A stretch of 64,000 nucleotides of DNA. It comes from Mobula hypostoma. Taxonomy: Eukaryota. The notes beneath the pieces were generated by a model. That model made no database searches. It was not told the DNA's origin and worked only from the letters and a program-made list of their open reading frames with translations. Below are positions 63,394-64,000 of the stretch, piece after piece. The stretch lies in contig NC_086108.1 of assembly GCF_963921235.1 (NCBI RefSeq), forward strand, positions 14,012,001-14,076,000, written 5' to 3'. A program made the position numbers and the translations under genes. Every line of letters starts with the position of its first letter. Within the stretch, counting starts at the first letter, position 1.

Positions 63394-64000
63394 AAACACA
63401 AAATACTCTGCAGATGCTGGGGTCAAGGCAACACTCACAACACGCTGGAGGAACTCAGCAGGTCGGGCCGTATCCCTGGAAATGATCAGTCAACGTTTTG
63501 GGCCGGAACCCTTTGTCAGGACTGAAGAGGGGAGGGGGCAGAGGCCCTATAAAGAAGGTGGGAGGAGGGTGGGAAGGGGAAGGCTGGTAGGTTCCATGTG
63601 AAAAACCAGTAAGGGGAAAGATAAAGGGGTGGGGAAGGGGAGGCAGGGAGGTGATAGGCAGGAAAAGTGAAGAAGGAATAGGGGAAAACACAATGGGTAG
63701 TAGAAGGAGTTGGAACCATGATGGAGGTGATCAGCAGCTGGGAGAGGGCAGAGTGACATAGGGATAGGGGAAGGGAGGGGGAGGGAATTAACGGAAGTTG
63801 GAGAATTCTATGTTCATGCCAAGGGGCTGGAGACTACCTAGACGCTATATGAGGTGTTGCTCCTCCAACCTGAGTTTAGCCTTATCATGGCAGTAGAGGA
63901 GACCATGTATGGACATATCTGAATGGGAGTGGGAAGCAGAGTTGAAGTGAGTGGCTACCGGGAGATCCTGTCTGTTGTGGCAGACGGAGCGGAGGTGCTT
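63394..64000 (-). mobile_element. Penelope-like element 3' end (GIY-YIG C-terminus and pseudo-LTR), continuing beyond the window
   Basis: Minus strand KHLRSVCHNRQDLPVATHFNSASHSHSDMSIHGLLYCHDKAKLRLEEQHLI*RLGSLQPLGMNIEFSNFR*, a pyrimidine-rich UTR and a decayed hammerhead at 63487-63524. Confidence 0.9.

Overview
Eukaryotic, vertebrate-type non-coding DNA (intergenic or intronic) made up mostly of transposable-element relics. I cannot recognise any intact host protein-coding gene, rRNA, tRNA gene or CRISPR array. The repeat mix is CR1 LINEs (dominant), Rex1/Babar, two RTE-clade families, L1/Tx1-type 3' ends, a Nimb/I-group LINE with RNase H, Penelope-like elements (PLEs), a Tc1 transposon, a Buster/Charlie-type hAT and a tRNA-derived SINE. 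This mix resembles a cartilaginous-fish (shark/ray) genome, which is an inference only. Almost all ORFs in the supplied track are frameshifted TE fragments or their antisense shadows. Highlights: (1) a decayed ERV-L-like (class III) gag-pro-pol provirus at the left edge; (2) several PLE-borne minimal hammerhead ribozyme motifs, two with an intact core and others inactivated at CpG sites; (3) a four-level nest Rex1 > Tc1 > Nimb LINE > PLE with readable target-site duplications (TSDs); (4) a ~3.8 kb head-to-head CR1 inverted repeat; (5) a minisatellite with higher-order structure derived from a CR1 3' end; (6) a speculative minus-strand exon encoding an 11x10-aa Gly-rich repeat. All coordinates were read by eye, and boundaries without a TSD are approximate.
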